Shown: positions 1-14,487 of the stretch, in pieces
Layout: every line of letters starts with the position of its first letter
Position numbering within the stretch: position 1 is the first letter of the stretch
From: Podarcis erhardii
Lineage: Eukaryota
Assembly: GCA_964252035.1 (NCBI GenBank)
Contig: OZ176203.1
DNA length: 64,000 bases
Reading direction: 5' to 3' (one strand)
Program-made: the position numbers and the translations under genes
Notes under the pieces: model-generated
What the model was told of the DNA's origin: nothing
The model's database searches: none
Seen by the model: only the letters and a program-made list of their open reading frames with translations

Positions 1-867
1 ATGTCCATAGATAGATTCTGTCTGAAGCCTGATATGTGGATAGAAAGAAAGAAAATTCCCAGTGGGAAATGTCTGCCAGCTAACAGTGCATTAGCATGGT
101 TCTTAAGGACACTTAAAGGTGAAAAGGAACTATTCATTGCTCTCAAGAAAGTATCTAATCAGCTTTGCTAGCTGTTGTAACTCTGCATTTTCACAGTTTG
201 AGAAGGCAACAGTAAGTGTAGCTTTTAAATCAACTATGGCATTTCCCCCCTGTATCTAACAGAAACAAATAACAATGTTCTAACCATTACAGTATTCATC
301 ATAGATGTGAAGGTAATTTCTTAAGGTGATGGCTTAAAATTCAGCATAGGAGCTCTGAACTGGCATGTGAAAAGATGGTCAGCCACAGTCATCATTCTGG
401 TGGTTTGACCTAATAGTAGTGGACCATACATTTGTAGCAGCATCACAAGTTTCTGGCTGAAAAATCCTGGTTTCTTATCTTGCTGATGTTTAATATTGAT
501 CAAGGCACACACAATAACTTTCACAGTCTTCTTGAATAATTACACAGTTGTGTCTGACTTTTTCTGATTGAAATTCTGGGTAAGTGCTGTGTGCACGGAA
601 TGTGCAACACTAGAGAAAGTATCGAAACTTTAGTGTTTTTGCTCAACCCATCATCCAGCAACTTCATAAAGTGCATAAAGTGCATAAAGGTGCATAATCC
701 ATCAATATATAAATTTCAGTTCAAGTAATCTAAATGCAACCTAGAAAATCTATGCCACACCCCAAAACTCTAGGAAAAAGCATTAAATATACTATCTCTA
801 TGTGTTGACTAGGGCTTCCATAGAACACCCAGCAGTGAGTTGATATAAAAAGTATCTTACAGAAAAA

Positions 868-947
868 CCTATACACGTCTACTTCAGAAGACAGCTCAGT
901 TGACTTCAATGGCATTTACTTCCAAATAAGTGGGCACAGGATTGTAG
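868..947. repeat. Degenerate copy of a short, imperfectly palindromic squamate interspersed repeat (MITE-like)
   Basis: cctatacacgtctact...cagaag...ttcaatgg...ttacttcc..taagtg..cacaggattg. Similar degenerate copies near 2983-3070, 40425-40520, 56400-56495 and 62925-63000. Confidence 0.4.
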
Positions 948-1046
948 ATTTTAGGTATTCTATGGAACTTCTTTACATTGTCAAATGGTTAGGCAACATT
1001 TCACACCAGAGGCTCACCAAGAAATTAGTGCGGGCCCTTTAAGTAA

Positions 1047-1515
1047 GTATTTCATTTCTATTTCATCTTTTTGACAAGGAACTCAAGGTGGCATAGGTGG
1101 CATGGTTAATGGCCGAAGGTCACTAAGTGAGCTTCATGACTGAGCAGGGATTTGAACTCTGGTCTGCAAGGTTCTAGCCCAACACTCTAACCTGGAGCCA
1201 GCCCAGCCATTAGACAGGATGAGGCCATTGCCTCAGGTGGCAGCATGCTCATGAGATCTCACCTCAAATCACTCAAGATCTTGAGGAGTATGGGAGATCT
1301 CATTCAATTTTGGGTGAGATCTCACCTCAAACTGGCACGATATTGCCTGAAATCAGTGACAATGGTGGCAGTGCTTCTCCACCAGTGGTGGATGTAGCAA
1401 GGCGTGTGTTGACTTCAGGCCAGGAGGTAGTGGCAGAAGCAAGGTAGGTGGTGGTGGCAGTGGTGGAGCAAAGCAGCAGCCTCTCCTGCACTGATCACTA
1501 TGCCAGACTGGCTCT
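1047..1515 (-). mobile_element. tRNA-derived (MIR-like) SINE interrupted by a ~300 bp DNA-transposon-like insert (~1194-1495)
   Basis: The minus strand reads agagccagtctggcatagtg...[insert]...gttagagtgttgggctagaa...gagttcaaatccc...atgaagctcacttagtgacc (A and B boxes plus core). The insert carries repeated gagatctc palindromes. Confidence 0.55.
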
Positions 1516-1883
1516 TAATGATACCACAGAGAAGAGGCAGAATGTTCTAGCTTACAAATGGATGGACACATGAAACTTACACAGACTGGAAATAAGCTGG
1601 TATGTCTCTCCCTTGCCACAGTGGTCGAGCTCACACATTACATGTGGAAGGTCCCACAGCCAGTTATAGGCATCTTTTTGGCAAGGCTAAAACCCTGGAA
1701 AGTCACTGCCAGTCAGTGCAGACAATGGTGAGCTAGATGAAATAAAAGTCTGGCAATAAAAGATGAAATAAAAGTGAAGACAATACTTAGAACAAAAGCA
1801 AAACTCAGAACAGAAGGCAGCTTTCTATCTTTCATTTCCCATGCATTGTGACTGCGGCAATATTTGGAACTGCCCACTTGAAG

Positions 1884-1886
<3 letters not shown>

Positions 1887-1926
<40 letters not shown>

Positions 1927-1957
1927 GGAGGGAGGGAGGGAGGGAGGAGGGAGAGGA
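1887..1957. repeat. (TG)n microsatellite followed by a GGGA/GA-rich tract
   Basis: Direct reading of the sequence. Confidence 0.95.
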
Positions 1958-2810
1958 GCCTCAACAATTTACTTCAAGACTGGCTTAATTGGAAAGGATT
2001 TCACATAAGGAAAAGTTTCACTTGTGTTCCTGTGTGTCTCCTGTGGCTTTATCCATTTTTTAAATACTTGGGTTTTCTTTCGTAGGTGCACTGAGAAAAT
2101 ATGGCTATTCAGTAATGAGTTGCGAAATGCCCTATCCAGTAACTTACAGGAAGTGAATACTTACAGTAAAACTGACAAGATAATAGCCAGCATGCTGAGA
2201 TAGACCTGTGCTGGTCACATTACAGATGCAGAAATTAGCTCATTATAACAATTCAACTGTTTCTTTAAAAAAAAAACAAAAACCCAAAAACCTGTCTTCT
2301 CTACAAAGGCATGGAATTGAGGTTCAGGTATGTGCTGTGTGTTTATTAGTCCTGTCAGATGATTCATTGATTGATTAATCAAATGCCTTTTTAACTGATG
2401 ATTCAATAAATTAAGTAATTAAATTTAAATAGATACATATGACTGAAACCTCAGTATAGTTCCCAGATTGTGTATGAATGCTTTAGTTCAAGAATTAGCC
2501 CTAGAAATTTCCCTTAAGAAACTGGAATTCAGGAGGAATAGACCACGGGAGAACCAGAACAATGCAGGAATTGGGCTGGGGAAATAATCTCTTATTAAAC
2601 ATATGCTGACACTTGCACTACATCCCCTCTCCTCCCCAGTCACAAAATTACAAAATTCGTCTAGGATGGATTGGAAAATGCTATCAGCTATACTATTTTT
2701 GATCATAGCTTCCTGTAGTGAGATCTAGTCTAGCACTCTTCCTTACCTACTATATATATTTTTTTACATGTAGACCCTTGAAATCAATGGGTTCTGCTCA
2801 AGAGAAATAG

Positions 2811-2943
2811 ATCATAGTATTGGAAAGGACCATGAAGGGTCATTTAGTCCAAGCCCCCTGCGATGCAGGAACATTTTGCCCAATGTGGAACTTGAACCCA
2901 CAGCCCTGAGATGAAGAATCTCATGCTCTACCAACTGAGCTAT
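2811..2943 (-). mobile_element. tRNA-Lys-like head SINE with CR1-type 3' tail
   Basis: Minus strand: atagctcagttggtagagcatgagattct...gggttcaagttccac (A and B boxes), then ttggactaaatgaccc...ggtcctttccaa...ctatgat, which resembles the CR1 3' end. Confidence 0.8.
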
Positions 2944-5900
2944 ACAAATGTGGAGAATCACCTGGTTACTTTCAAGCTAAAACTGCAATCCTGGGCTCAG
3001 TTACTTGGGAGAAAGTCCATTAAACTCAATGTGACTTAATTTCAAGCAGGCATATACAGGGGATTTTGCATTGTCTAAATCAAGGTATTGGCACATTTTA
3101 AAAACCAAGACAGAAAGTAATAATGCATGAAGTTTAGCACTATGAAAGACTAGAAAGCAGTGTGCTTGATTTACATACTCTACTTATCAGTTTCCGTTAA
3201 TGCAGCCATCACCATTAAACTATTAATTTTCTATTTCTTAACTCTAACAAATGATAATGCCATTCATTCATTAACACTGGAAAGTGAAAAATATTGACCC
3301 ATTAAACCTTTGATGAATCCACTCTAAGAGATAATTCTCTGTAAGTTTGTTCTTAATTCTAGCTTGTCTGTGTGATTGATTTTATTTTTGGAAGGGATTT
3401 CTAGTCTTCAGTGCACACAACTAATATTCCCACTCTTCTACTCCAGAGAGCAGCGCTATACAACCATTCACATCAGGAACACATTGTGATGAGACAGAAT
3501 ATAGATACTGTATGCATGCTTTGAGTAACTCCTTTGGAAGAGAAAAGCAGGTGGTTGCATCCAAATAAACTATTCCAAGTAGACCCATTGAAATTAATGG
3601 ATTAAAGGCAGCCATGCCCAATAATTTCAACATGCCCTCTCCAAGCAGGACTAACATAGGATCCAACCCAGAATATAAAGTTTTGCATAAATAAGTTCTA
3701 GTGGTTTTGCTAAAAGCAAATCCCATCATTGGCCACCACAGGCTGAGCCAATTCTGCATACTGTTTTCCTGCTCCAGAAAATATTACTCCAATAGATTCA
3801 AATTATTTAGGCTAGGAAAGACTAAAGTTTCATCCAAAGATTTTTCTTTAATCTTTGACCTCACCTGTAAGTCAGAACTCAACACTTAAAGTCTAAATAT
3901 TCATGGAAAATAGCTTAAGGAAATTGTGTTGGTTTCTGGTAGAGCTGTCAGGTTTGAGGGGGTTCCAAGAAAAATGTCACTCCACATATTCTCACACTGA
4001 TTTATCTCCATTCCATACTGCCTTCTCCAAGCATCATTTATATTGATCATTCATAATGGCTTGTGTTCATTATGCTGGTGGGGCAGTTATATGGAAACAT
4101 GCTTTCAGTTCCATTAGAACCCCCCAATCTTTTGGGGCTGTCATGCTATAGGCCCTTGTCCCATAGTTTCCTGCTGTAATTCTATAAATTCTAATACTAC
4201 AGATTTTCGGAGGGTTGTTCCGTTCTTGTTGCACTATGTGGAAGAGTGGCCATAATGGGGTGACACTGCTGAAACATTGCAGAACAACTAGTAAAGCATA
4301 ATAGTGTGTGGTACCACTATGAAGTTTCTCCGAGCAGATGTGCTGCTGGTGGAACAAGCTCCAAAGAGTCACACTCATTGTCTTCAGGTCTCAGGATGCT
4401 TATGCACCAATGTGGGGCATGGTGTGCGAATGTGTGTGTGTGTCATTTTCTCTCTTTAAAAATGACAGATATTATGGTGGCTGCCATTGTGACAACATCA
4501 GTTGGGGCCTCTTAAGGGCTGTGCAGCCCTCAGACATTCCCCAAGCACTCTGGCTGCAATGATGTAGTTTCTTCTATCCACAGAGTGAAAAATTGGGACC
4601 CAAGCCTATATTTGCTGTTATTTCCAGATATCTGTATCTGCTATCATGGAAGATATATCCAGAACCAAGAATGGACAATCAGCTTCCCAACAATCCATGT
4701 TAGGGATCTACAAACTAACCCATTCTCTTCTAAATGTGAAAACAGCTGAAAGAAGCAGCCATCATTTAGCAAGCCCCCCTGTTCTGTTTGCATCTGCTTT
4801 TGTTGCAACAGGTACAAAAAACATAAACAAACAAATAAATTGGCATGAAGGATGAACATTGGCATTGCGTGAGCTCTTCCAAAACCCATTAATCCAGCAA
4901 TATACTCCTTTGGTGCCCTTTCTGTATTCTTCTGGTATCATTAATAAATGCAGAGTTTGTCAAGCAGGGGAGCACTGCAAGGAAAACAATTTACAAAGAC
5001 CGAGCAGGTAGTACAATTTGGTCACCATAAGCTGATTGGCATTGTAGGTGGAATACTGAGTTCTAGAAATGTGTTGGGAGCTGCTTTGTACACAACCATG
5101 GCAGATCTGCCATTTCTTTCTATCTGTCCTGCATGTTTAGGTGTGCATTTATTTTTAAAGAGCAGAATTTGCCATTCCTTTTCTGCTACAATTTAAATAT
5201 GTCTTGTACCATCATCATCATCACCACCATCCTCTCTCTCCAAAATCAGTGCCAACATTTCCATGGTTTGATTATTGATGGGGGCCAAGCTACACATTTT
5301 TTAAAAACAACAACAACAACAACAACCCATACACCTTTTAAAATATAAAAGTGTACTTCAGATGCCAATTTTTTGTTTTGATTGCTCCATTGAATGACCT
5401 TTTTAAAAAAGTAACAAAAAGAACAAAAACAGTTCAATCTCTTCCCATCAAAACCAAACTAATCCAAACCCAGTTCTAGGCGTTCTCTGCCACTATTTCT
5501 ACAGGTGAACAAATTCCAATTTATATGCATCTCAATGTGAAACTAGCAAATTCACATTTCTCCAATCAGTATGTAAACTGAAACACGTCTATCGTTTGAA
5601 ATCCATACTTCTCCAAAATTTGAAATGCAGCTCTCCATTCAGCCAACATGTAGGAAAATGCATATATTGCTGATGGGGTGGGGTGGCAGTCTGCAAATTG
5701 TTGAGGAAATGTGGAAAACTGAATTTAACACTGAGCAATTTAGACAACTGCTCTGTAACCCCAAGTGTGCTATTTTTGTACAGCATACTGTAACTCTTCT
5801 TCCCAACTGGGAAGAGTTCAGATAATATCCCACTCCAACAAAAATGGTACGTACACCTCAATGCTGCCAATTAAAGATTGCACTCAAATTACAAGTGTCA

Positions 5901-8900
5901 AAATGCTGAAATACTGTCAAATAGGAAAATATCAAATACAGAAAGGGTAATATCAGATGACAGGTAGCAATTATTTAATATTCATCCCTGGAAATCAAAA
6001 GAGGTAGAAAATGTCAAGAACCACAGAATTTGACCCAAACTTAATTTGATTCTGTTTTCACAATTGCCAAAATAATTCTATTTTTGGTGTTTAGATTGCA
6101 TAGATGCATAAACTCCACCAATGAAGAAATACTCTCCCAAATGTCTGTGAACTCTGCTGTTCTTGCCTGTTGGTTTTATGCTGTGTTTTGACTTTTTAAA
6201 ATTTCAATAACATAAGCCTTCAAATTTTTATTGCAATTCCACACAATGCTCTATCTGCCTGGAGACAGAATTTACATTTGATGCCATTTCTTCCTGGCAG
6301 GTACAATGGCAGAATCAGAATAAAAGCAAGCTCTTTGATAAGCATGAGAACTCATTTAGATACCGGGGTGACAATTCTCATTCAGATACTCTCATAAAGA
6401 CCACATTTACATGCCAGCAATAGGAGACTATAAAGAGGAGAGAAATAATAACATTAAAGAAGCTCAATGAAATATTAATGTTGCCCTGTATGCGCTCCAT
6501 TATGGTGCATGCAAACTCTGTAGGTTTACAGTTTTATGGGAAGGCTCCAGGCTGTTATATTTTGATCTCACTGTTGGTTTCAGACCTTTGACTTGATGGC
6601 ACCATTTCGAATTCACCGTGGTGTAAAAAGCAGTGGGAGGAGGCAGATTGTATCACGATGCAATGCAAAAACAAACTTGCATAATAGAAATTATCTTCAG
6701 AGAAACAATAACTGCATGAGAAATGTGCCAATTTATATTAAATTCATTGGCAGATACAAACATCAGCTTCCTGGGCAGGGTGACACGTTCTTCCTGATCC
6801 CACGCAGGATGACAAGTAGATTTTGGATGCGATGAAGCAACCAGACGTACCCTTCTGATCTTGAATTTTCTGGCCTCTAAAAGCAGGGAAGTTCAAGGAT
6901 CTCTAAACAGTGCAATTCTGTGCAAGTCTGCTCAGAAATAAGTCACAGTGAGGTCTATTCTTGTGTTATCCTTTGCAAGCAGACTTTGTGAGGCTGTAAC
7001 ATTGCTTACACCAGAGTAGGAGGGAGTGGGGTGGGCTGAGACACTGCTTTGAAATGAACCTGTGAACTGTATGTGTTTTGTAAAAAATCTTGGAAATGCC
7101 AGAACTTTAAAATAGCTGTAGCCCTGCTGCCAGAAGAAAAGTCATGGCAGTCAGCTGAAGGGAGGACCTCAGTGTTCCATACTGACAATCTTTCCCCTCC
7201 ACTCATGCCCTATCTCTATCCCCATGTTGTTTGCAAAGGGTGGGAAATGCTGGCTTTGTCAATTTGGTCTGGCCAGTGGATGCAATGCCCTGATCCATTT
7301 TGGAGTCATGGGGACTTGCGGTCATGGTCTGAGATGCTCCACTGCTGTGCTCTCTCTCTTGTTCCCTTCCTCGTAGGCATCGGCTAACATTTCATCACTC
7401 AACTTGTCAGCTGAATGTAGTAGGAAAATTCTAGCCCTCTTCAGCATGCAGTGTGAAGAGGACCATGGGGGACCATAGGCAAACTCTGAGAACCCCGTAG
7501 ACCTTCCCATCTTGAGCAAGAAGATCTTAAGAGGGATTGTAAGCATGTTCAGCTTGATTATACACATCTACATACCTTTTTCAAACCTTTCCAGTCAAAA
7601 TGGGACAGCTGGAATAGGAGTGAGTAGAGACAGCACACACAGTGGGCACTGGAAGCAGGGCTGGTCTCTGTGTGACTCCATACCTTCTACACAATTTGAG
7701 ATATATACTGTTGAGGAAAAGCACTTGAACCAGGATTCTGCTTCTTTTGTTTCATTTGTGATGCCCATTTCACACTTCTCAGCCATTACACTGGTTTCAT
7801 TGAGTGACAGAAGGGCATGTACAAACTCCCCACGACTCCCTTTTCTGTAAACAGAACTTACATTCCTAAGCTCGGAAATGAAATCTCAAGGAATGTCCAA
7901 ACAGGTTCTTCTCACCCTCCCCAAACTGACAGAGGATAATGATGACATCATGGCTCAGGAGGTCATGCCGGTTTCATTCAAAACATTTTTCTTTTAAAAA
8001 AAGCAATTTTCTCAACATATTTGGTATGCACTATATGAAATATGCTATTAAATCATGTCTCTGAGTCTATGTCTGTATAACGCTAAGCCCTCAATAGGAT
8101 TTCTTTATCTAGGCCTAGCAGTTCTTAGGCACCAAATGACGACAACAAAGAGGTTCTACTTCAAGCATATATTAAAGGTCTGAAAGTCAACTGGGATTCT
8201 CCATTAATGTGACTGTAAGGAAATTACCAGCTAAATTCAGATTTCTGGTGTCACACACGGGTCATGAAAAGCACCTGTCATTTGATGGGGCTGGAAGTGT
8301 AAGAACTGCCTTTAGGAACATGCATTCATAAGATAGGGATCAGGGAAAATGCTAAAATCAACAGTTTTGCAGAGGCTATATACTGTATTTGAAAAGGGGG
8401 TATCAAATAGGAGAAAACTACTGTTCCTTTACTCTCTTATGAGTATAAAGAAAGTGGTTTCTCTCATCTGAAAATGCTGCATTTCATTTTTTTTTTTTTT
8501 TAAAATACCCATGCTTCTTGTTGATTATTTTCACTCTTTTGGGTCTTGCAAAAGAAGCTATCAAAATACAAAAATGTTCACAAAAGTACAGAAAAAGGAT
8601 GCCAAGAAAGTTTAATTAAAATGAATTCCCTTCTGCGGGGTGAATTCTTTTTTTTTATTTTAAAGAATAATTCGGGAAGAAAGGGCGGGGGGGGGGCACC
8701 AGAACAAATGAATCTTCTGCATATTCAATGCAGTCAATCTGCATGAGAATGGCTTGGCTAAGTCATATTTAAATGAATTGTTTTGCTACTTGGATTAAAA
8801 ATAAAATAGGAAAAAGCAATTTGGTTTGTCTCCGATAGCTTTCTAAATTGACTACAGACAAGCTATCATGGAGCTCCATAAGGAAATTCATTGTCTTTCA

Positions 8901-9146
8901 GAAATAGAGGTATTTCATTCAGAGAGTGGATGATCAGTTTTGAAAGCTGAATATCCAGTCCCTACACAGAAAGCTTTTCCCCTCCTTAATGTTTTCCATT
9001 TTATGTGTTACTGTATCCGCTCCAAATTTCAACAGGGATTTACAGATGTGAGTGACCTATGCTCAGATTTGTGGTGCATGCAAATTTATTGCTGTGCACA
9101 CTTGCCTCTATTTAGTACCACAGAACTTAAACTAGGAGATGTTGTT

Positions 9147-10520
9147 GTATTTTTATTTGTTTATTCTTTATTCACTTCAACAATCTGTATATCGTTTAAC
9201 CACAGTCATCACTAAGTGGTGTACAGGAGACCCAATACAGTAAGGTGAAAAAATGAGTTAAAATGATAAAATCAGATTTCAATTCAAAAGCCTGCTGGAA
9301 TTCTAATAATAAGTTCAGGCATTCAACAGGGTCTTGTCTGATCTCAACTGATTGGGAGTTCTCCCAAACTGATTACAAGCAGCTCCTAGTGGGTAGAAGA
9401 TTTGTATCTCACCCAAGGGGCACAACTCACAGTGACTGCCCCAAATACCAAGTAAGGCAGGGATAGAAGAGATCAGATGGTCCCTGTGGTATCCTGGGCC
9501 CAAGCTAAGGACCTTGTAAATTAATGCAAGAACCTTGAACCTGACCTGGTAGTCTATGGGCAGCCACTGAAAACTTTTGAGCAATGGTGTTATGTGCTGG
9601 CAATAGACTGTTCCCATCAACAGTCTAGCCACTGCATTCTACACCAGCTGGAGGCTGCAGACCAGGCCAAGGGTGGCTCTACATTGCAGTAATTGAGTCT
9701 TGAGATTACCAATGCATGAAACATTGTAGGCAAACAATCCCTGTCCAAGAATGACCACAGTCAGTGTAGCAGATGTAGTTGGTAAAAGACATTCCTAGCC
9801 CCTGGGAGTACTTGAGCCTCTAGCAACAACTTCCAAAGCTGTTTCAGAGAGAGTGCAATCCTATCCAGGGCAGGCAACTGGCCAGACTCCCAGTCACAGG
9901 AACACCAACCACAGTGCCTCCAACACCCTAGGGTTCAAGCTCAGCTTACTGGCCCACTCCCATTGCCACTGCTCCACTCAGACAACAGTGCAGATCATTC
10001 ACAGCTTCTCCTGACTCGGATGTTATGGAGAAGTAGAGGTGTGCCTCAAGATTCTGAATGACCACAGCCAGCAGCTTCAACTATATTTTAGACAGCATTG
10101 GGGGCAAGATTGTACTCTGTGGTACGCCATAGTGCAAAAGTTCATGGGTCCAGAGCATAATCTCCCAGTGCTACTCTCTGGACACAACTCTGTAGGTAGG
10201 AGCAGCACCACTGTAGAATAGTGTCCCCAAGACTTATCCTACAGACTCAGTCCAGCATCAAAAGCCACCAAGAGAGGCAGAGCCACACTCCTCTTGCCCT
10301 TCTTTGTATATCGGTCATCCATCTAGATAATTTGAATTCTCCAGGAACTTCTGCAATAGAATCTCAGCCACAATCTTCTCCACCACCTTACTCCAAAAGG
10401 GGGCATCTGCAACTGGACGGTCATTGTGATAATAAACTCCCATCATCTCTAAATACTGGTTTTGTGACAGCTGGAATTGAACAGCAACTGGAGGGCACCA
10501 TATTCCCTACTCCTGCCTTA
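9147..10520 (-). mobile_element. Old, degraded L2 LINE (3' part of ORF2)
   Basis: ORF 9315-9632 reads ARLLMG...HITPLLKSFQWLPIDYQVRFKVLALIYK (L2 ORF2 C-terminus). Near 10330-10430 the minus strand reads RPVADAPFWSKVVEKIVA, a degenerate RT N-terminal block. Many indels. Confidence 0.75.
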
Positions 10521-12687
10521 AACTAAGAAAAGCAGGATATATTTATTTCTCATTGTCTTTCTCACCAGGGGTGAAATGAGGCTGCTGAAGCGACATTAGA
10601 AGCAGGGATGAATATTCACAGAGATTTTTGCATTCAAGTTCATTTCACTGATTTGCACTGCAGGATACAAATTCTAATATTTGTTCGGAAACACATTTGA
10701 GTTCCTTCTTTGAAAACCCCTGCCTCATTCAGTGCAGAATTTCAGCTCATGCATGTTTCTTTTTAAAACAAAAAACAAACAAACAAACAAACAAATCCAG
10801 ATGTCTGAAATAAAATGTCAATATTTAATTACATATCAGTAATTGAATATATGGAAATAAGTAAATATGAATGTTTTGGTCTCTAGATTGAGAAGTGAGT
10901 ATGAGAGCAAACGAGTTACCCAAGGCAAGCCAGAGATCTCACAGCCAAGCAAATATTTGCATCTACGTTTTCCAAATCTAAATTTAATACGTTGCCATTG
11001 CCTTATGACAGCATCCTCAGCAATGTCTGCATACAGAAAACCACATGAAATAGGATGCTGCTATTCTCTCCACATCACTGTTTATCCCTCTCAGCTCATG
11101 CCATAAGCCACCTTGGTTGAGCAGTGCCTTTGAACTAGGGGAAAGGGATCTTTGCACCACCCTAAGCCATCCATCCATCAACATCATAAAAGGAAATGAG
11201 TGTAGGATTATAGTCTTTATGTACAAAAAAAAAAATCAATCAGATGTTAATAACAAAAAAGCTGCAATTATGAAAGCATGTTTGTGTTAATGTCCTTAAA
11301 GCGTTTCATTTTGACTGCACTTAAATGTAAAAAAGGAGGGTGTCAATCAAATGAAATAAATATGCAAAATTAAATTAAGCATTATTAATCTTCCATCTGA
11401 GTAATCAGTTTAATTTAAACCCAAATAGCAACTAGCTATGAAAACAAAAAGAAAAGTTAGCTGCAATTTTTTTTTTTTAAAAAAATGCTCTTTTGAAAAT
11501 AGCTTTTAAACATTTCCAGGAAATGAAAAACAAAAGAACAGAGTGCCTAAGACATGCAAGCACATTCCTGAATTTCTATGTGCAATTTGGCATCATCTTT
11601 GCAAATTCCTAGAATTTTGTTTCCCTTTTTCATAGCTCCCATTGTATACAGTTGTGGGGTTTGGGTCCCCCCCCCTTACTTGTGTTTTAAAAAAACAAAG
11701 CAAAACAAAAAAACAGGCTTTTATGTCACAATTTCTTTCTCAACAGCATTTCATGGTAGACACTGGGCTTTATCTTTCTGTGCCGTTGATAAGGATCCAA
11801 AATGTAACACTTGAGTCCTTAAGTCTGGTATACTCTCTGACAGTATCTGGAGAACTAAGAGCAGCCTTGTTATTGGCAATACAGCAGCAGGCTCTGTGCT
11901 GTTCGTTCTCTTTCATGATACCATTTTGATTGCTATAAAATTGCTTTAAAATGGCACCGATTTATATTGTACCAGAAGAAGAAATGCTTGAGGAAAAGGA
12001 AATTCCATCCATTAAAGTCTATTTCCTTTAACTGCTCAGCTGCAAGAAGATGCAACAGGAAAGCTTGAAATAGGCACTGCTATGCTGTAATGTGTGACAA
12101 TTATGCTACACAATTGCCATTTTCTGAATTCCTGTTTAAAAGGAAATGTTATTCTTGTGATATTCCTTTGGTTTCAGTCTACATTCCCCATTACTCTGAC
12201 TTTCTCGCAAATAGTTGTGTGCATTTTTCAAGAGTACCACATATTTTCAGGTTTCCCAACATAGGGACTGGTTCATGTTAACAAAAAAATGGCCTAGTTG
12301 CCTGGCCCATGAAATGAGTAAATTTTTCTACATGTTTTACTGTAGAACGGAAAGCAAACCTGTAGGCTGAAAGGCACACAACAGAGAAATCAGACAACTA
12401 TAAAGGAAGTGTCTACTTGTTTGTATACATAACACACAACCAATGCTTATGAATCCTAGATATATTAATCAACTTAAGATTTTAGAAAGAGATTTTACCA
12501 AAGCTTTCCCAATGTGGCTTAAATATGAAGCTTACACATGAAATACAGATAGAAAAATAAACTCATTCATATTATAATGTTAAAGCAGCAGTTTCCAAAT
12601 AGTATTCTACAGTCCAACATATTTATTTTCACTCCAATACAACCTGAGAAAAGTTCTATAGGCATTTAACAATACGACATAGCAATC

Positions 12688-12840
12688 TAGGAGCCAACTC
12701 CTGGGGGCCAAGGTCCCTTTGAACCCCTCAATAAAACATTTCAGGGGACCATCCCCCACAAAGTTAATGGGCATTGCCATTCAAATGGTGTGTGTGTAGG
12801 CTACATCATGTGATTGATTATGGAACCCCTGGGAAACTCA
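12688..12840. mobile_element. Probable non-autonomous DNA-transposon fragment
   Basis: taggagccaactcc...gggcattgccattcaaatggtgtgtg resembles a lacertid interspersed repeat as I recall it. Second end not identified. Confidence 0.35.
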
Positions 12841-14269
12841 ACAAACCTGCCGTACCTGGAACTAGATGTGGTAAGTACAGCTGAATGGGACACAGCCATG
12901 GACAGTATCATTCACCTTGGGCCTATCCATAAAAAGCAAGTCTAGAATGAAAGTCTAGGGTGATGCTCTCTGTTTCCTGGAACTCTTCTCACTGTGAGAC
13001 TTTTGAGAATGAGCTGAAAGTTTGTTTGGACCCTGGGTGAGAACTCAGAGGCTGAGAAGAAGGGTATGTCAGATGGAAAATGAATTGGTAGTAAGATATA
13101 TAGGTATATATAGATATAGATGATATAGATATATAGTGTTTACTTTTGCTATATTTAAGTTGTTTGTTGTTGCTTCAGTTTTCTTAGATATATTCTTAAT
13201 ATATCAAGTGGTATAGAAATAATCAATAAATCAAACAATGTGATTATCATAATTTAGGCAAAATGCCCCACAAACTGCAGACACCCACAAGGACCTCACT
13301 AAACAGATGCCTGAAAAAGCTGCATTTCAGCAATCAAGGGCAACTGCTATATTTAGTAATTTAGTTACTTTGCATTATGCAGATTAGTATTTTTAAAATG
13401 TATCAAAGCACCTGTTATGTTATTTGAATCTATTTTCTCTCTTCCCAAGCACTCATAGCTTTACTATTTAGAGACCATATCAGAGGGTTTTTATATAAAG
13501 CCTGCATCTCCTGGAAGCTAAGAATGGAAGCTTCATTCAAATTTTGACAGTATTTTCCTCTGGCTTTTTTTAAAAAAAACCTGTTAAAATGCTGCTCTTG
13601 GAACTAATTACTTGTAAGCAGTCACTATAATATGATTACATTTCCCTATTAAAACTGTAACTGGGAATTGAAATATTGGCAATGGCAAGTCATTACACCT
13701 GCTGGGTGAAATGAAACTCTGTGTGCGCGTTCTTTTCTGTTTGTATTTATCTGTAGTGTAGTTCCTCACACAGTGAAGTTAACAGTAGAAGTCCTGGGAT
13801 ATATGCAAGGAGTCCACTATGTTGTTCTTCCCTAGGCAAGTGTTTCTGTAATTTCTAAAGCATTCAGAATTGGCAGGAGCAGGGGCCAAAGCACAAGTTT
13901 CATCCATGTAGCCCAGGCCTTTAAAAAGTTAAGCATCATCACCATCACGAAAATGAACTACTGTATTTCAAAAAGCAATTTACAAAGCAGGGTCAGGGAT
14001 TGTTACAGATGTATCATCTCCTGTTGCATTATCAAGCGGAAGAACTGAGCAGACAAATAAGATTTAGCTTATTGACAATTTCAAATTAATAAGCATCTTC
14101 TTGAAGGTTCCAGACCTTGAAAGAACTGTGCTAAGGTGGCTTTCACACCCCCAAATATGTAGGGCCTTTCAGCTGTAGTGGAAAAACAAGATACTTTGGC
14201 ACTTAAAATGTTAACTTCCACAGAAGAATGTGCAGCCATCAATGCATTTTGCCAAGCTAACATGCCATG

Positions 14270-14487
14270 TCTTGCAGGTGACTGCAGCATCTGGAGGCAG
14301 TCAGGTCATGTACTGGGAGGAGCGCAGCAAGATGAGATGCATCAGCACAACCAGAAACCTTCATCTGCCCCAGCTGCAACAAAACATATCTATCTTGTAT
14401 CAGTCTTTACAGCTGAAACAGGTGCTGTAACTCTCCGACAGTTGACTTCACTCTCGAAGGACCAGTCTACCAGATGGATGCCAACCA
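14270..14487 (+). mobile_element. RTE-clade LINE 3' end fragment
   Basis: 14357 onward translates TFICPSCNKTYLSCISLYS, a decayed form of the C-terminal zinc-finger-like motif F.C..C.K.C.SRIGL.SH of RTE ORF2. It is preceded by a WR..WEER-like block and ends ...gatggatgccaac. Confidence 0.7.

Noticed and set aside
666-697. Short tandem ataaagtgc x3
   Set aside because: Ordinary slippage repeat with no further structure.
2161-2205. Possible 41 nt minus-strand exon (VYLSMLAIILSVL, perfect gtaagt donor)
   Set aside because: The acceptor has almost no polypyrimidine tract, there is no partner exon, and I do not recognise the peptide.
2811-2943. Genuine tRNA genes here and at 42352-42523 and 52229-52298
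   Set aside because: The heads are degenerate, cannot form a full cloverleaf, and are attached to SINE tails.
4629-4810. Possible plus-strand exon (ttccag...CAG/gtacaa) with an open frame
   Set aside because: Weak donor and an unrecognised peptide. It cannot be supported without RNA data.
6574-6835. Acceptor-like site followed by an 80 aa ORF
   Set aside because: No similarity to any protein I know in any frame. It may be conserved non-coding DNA, but this cannot be tested here.
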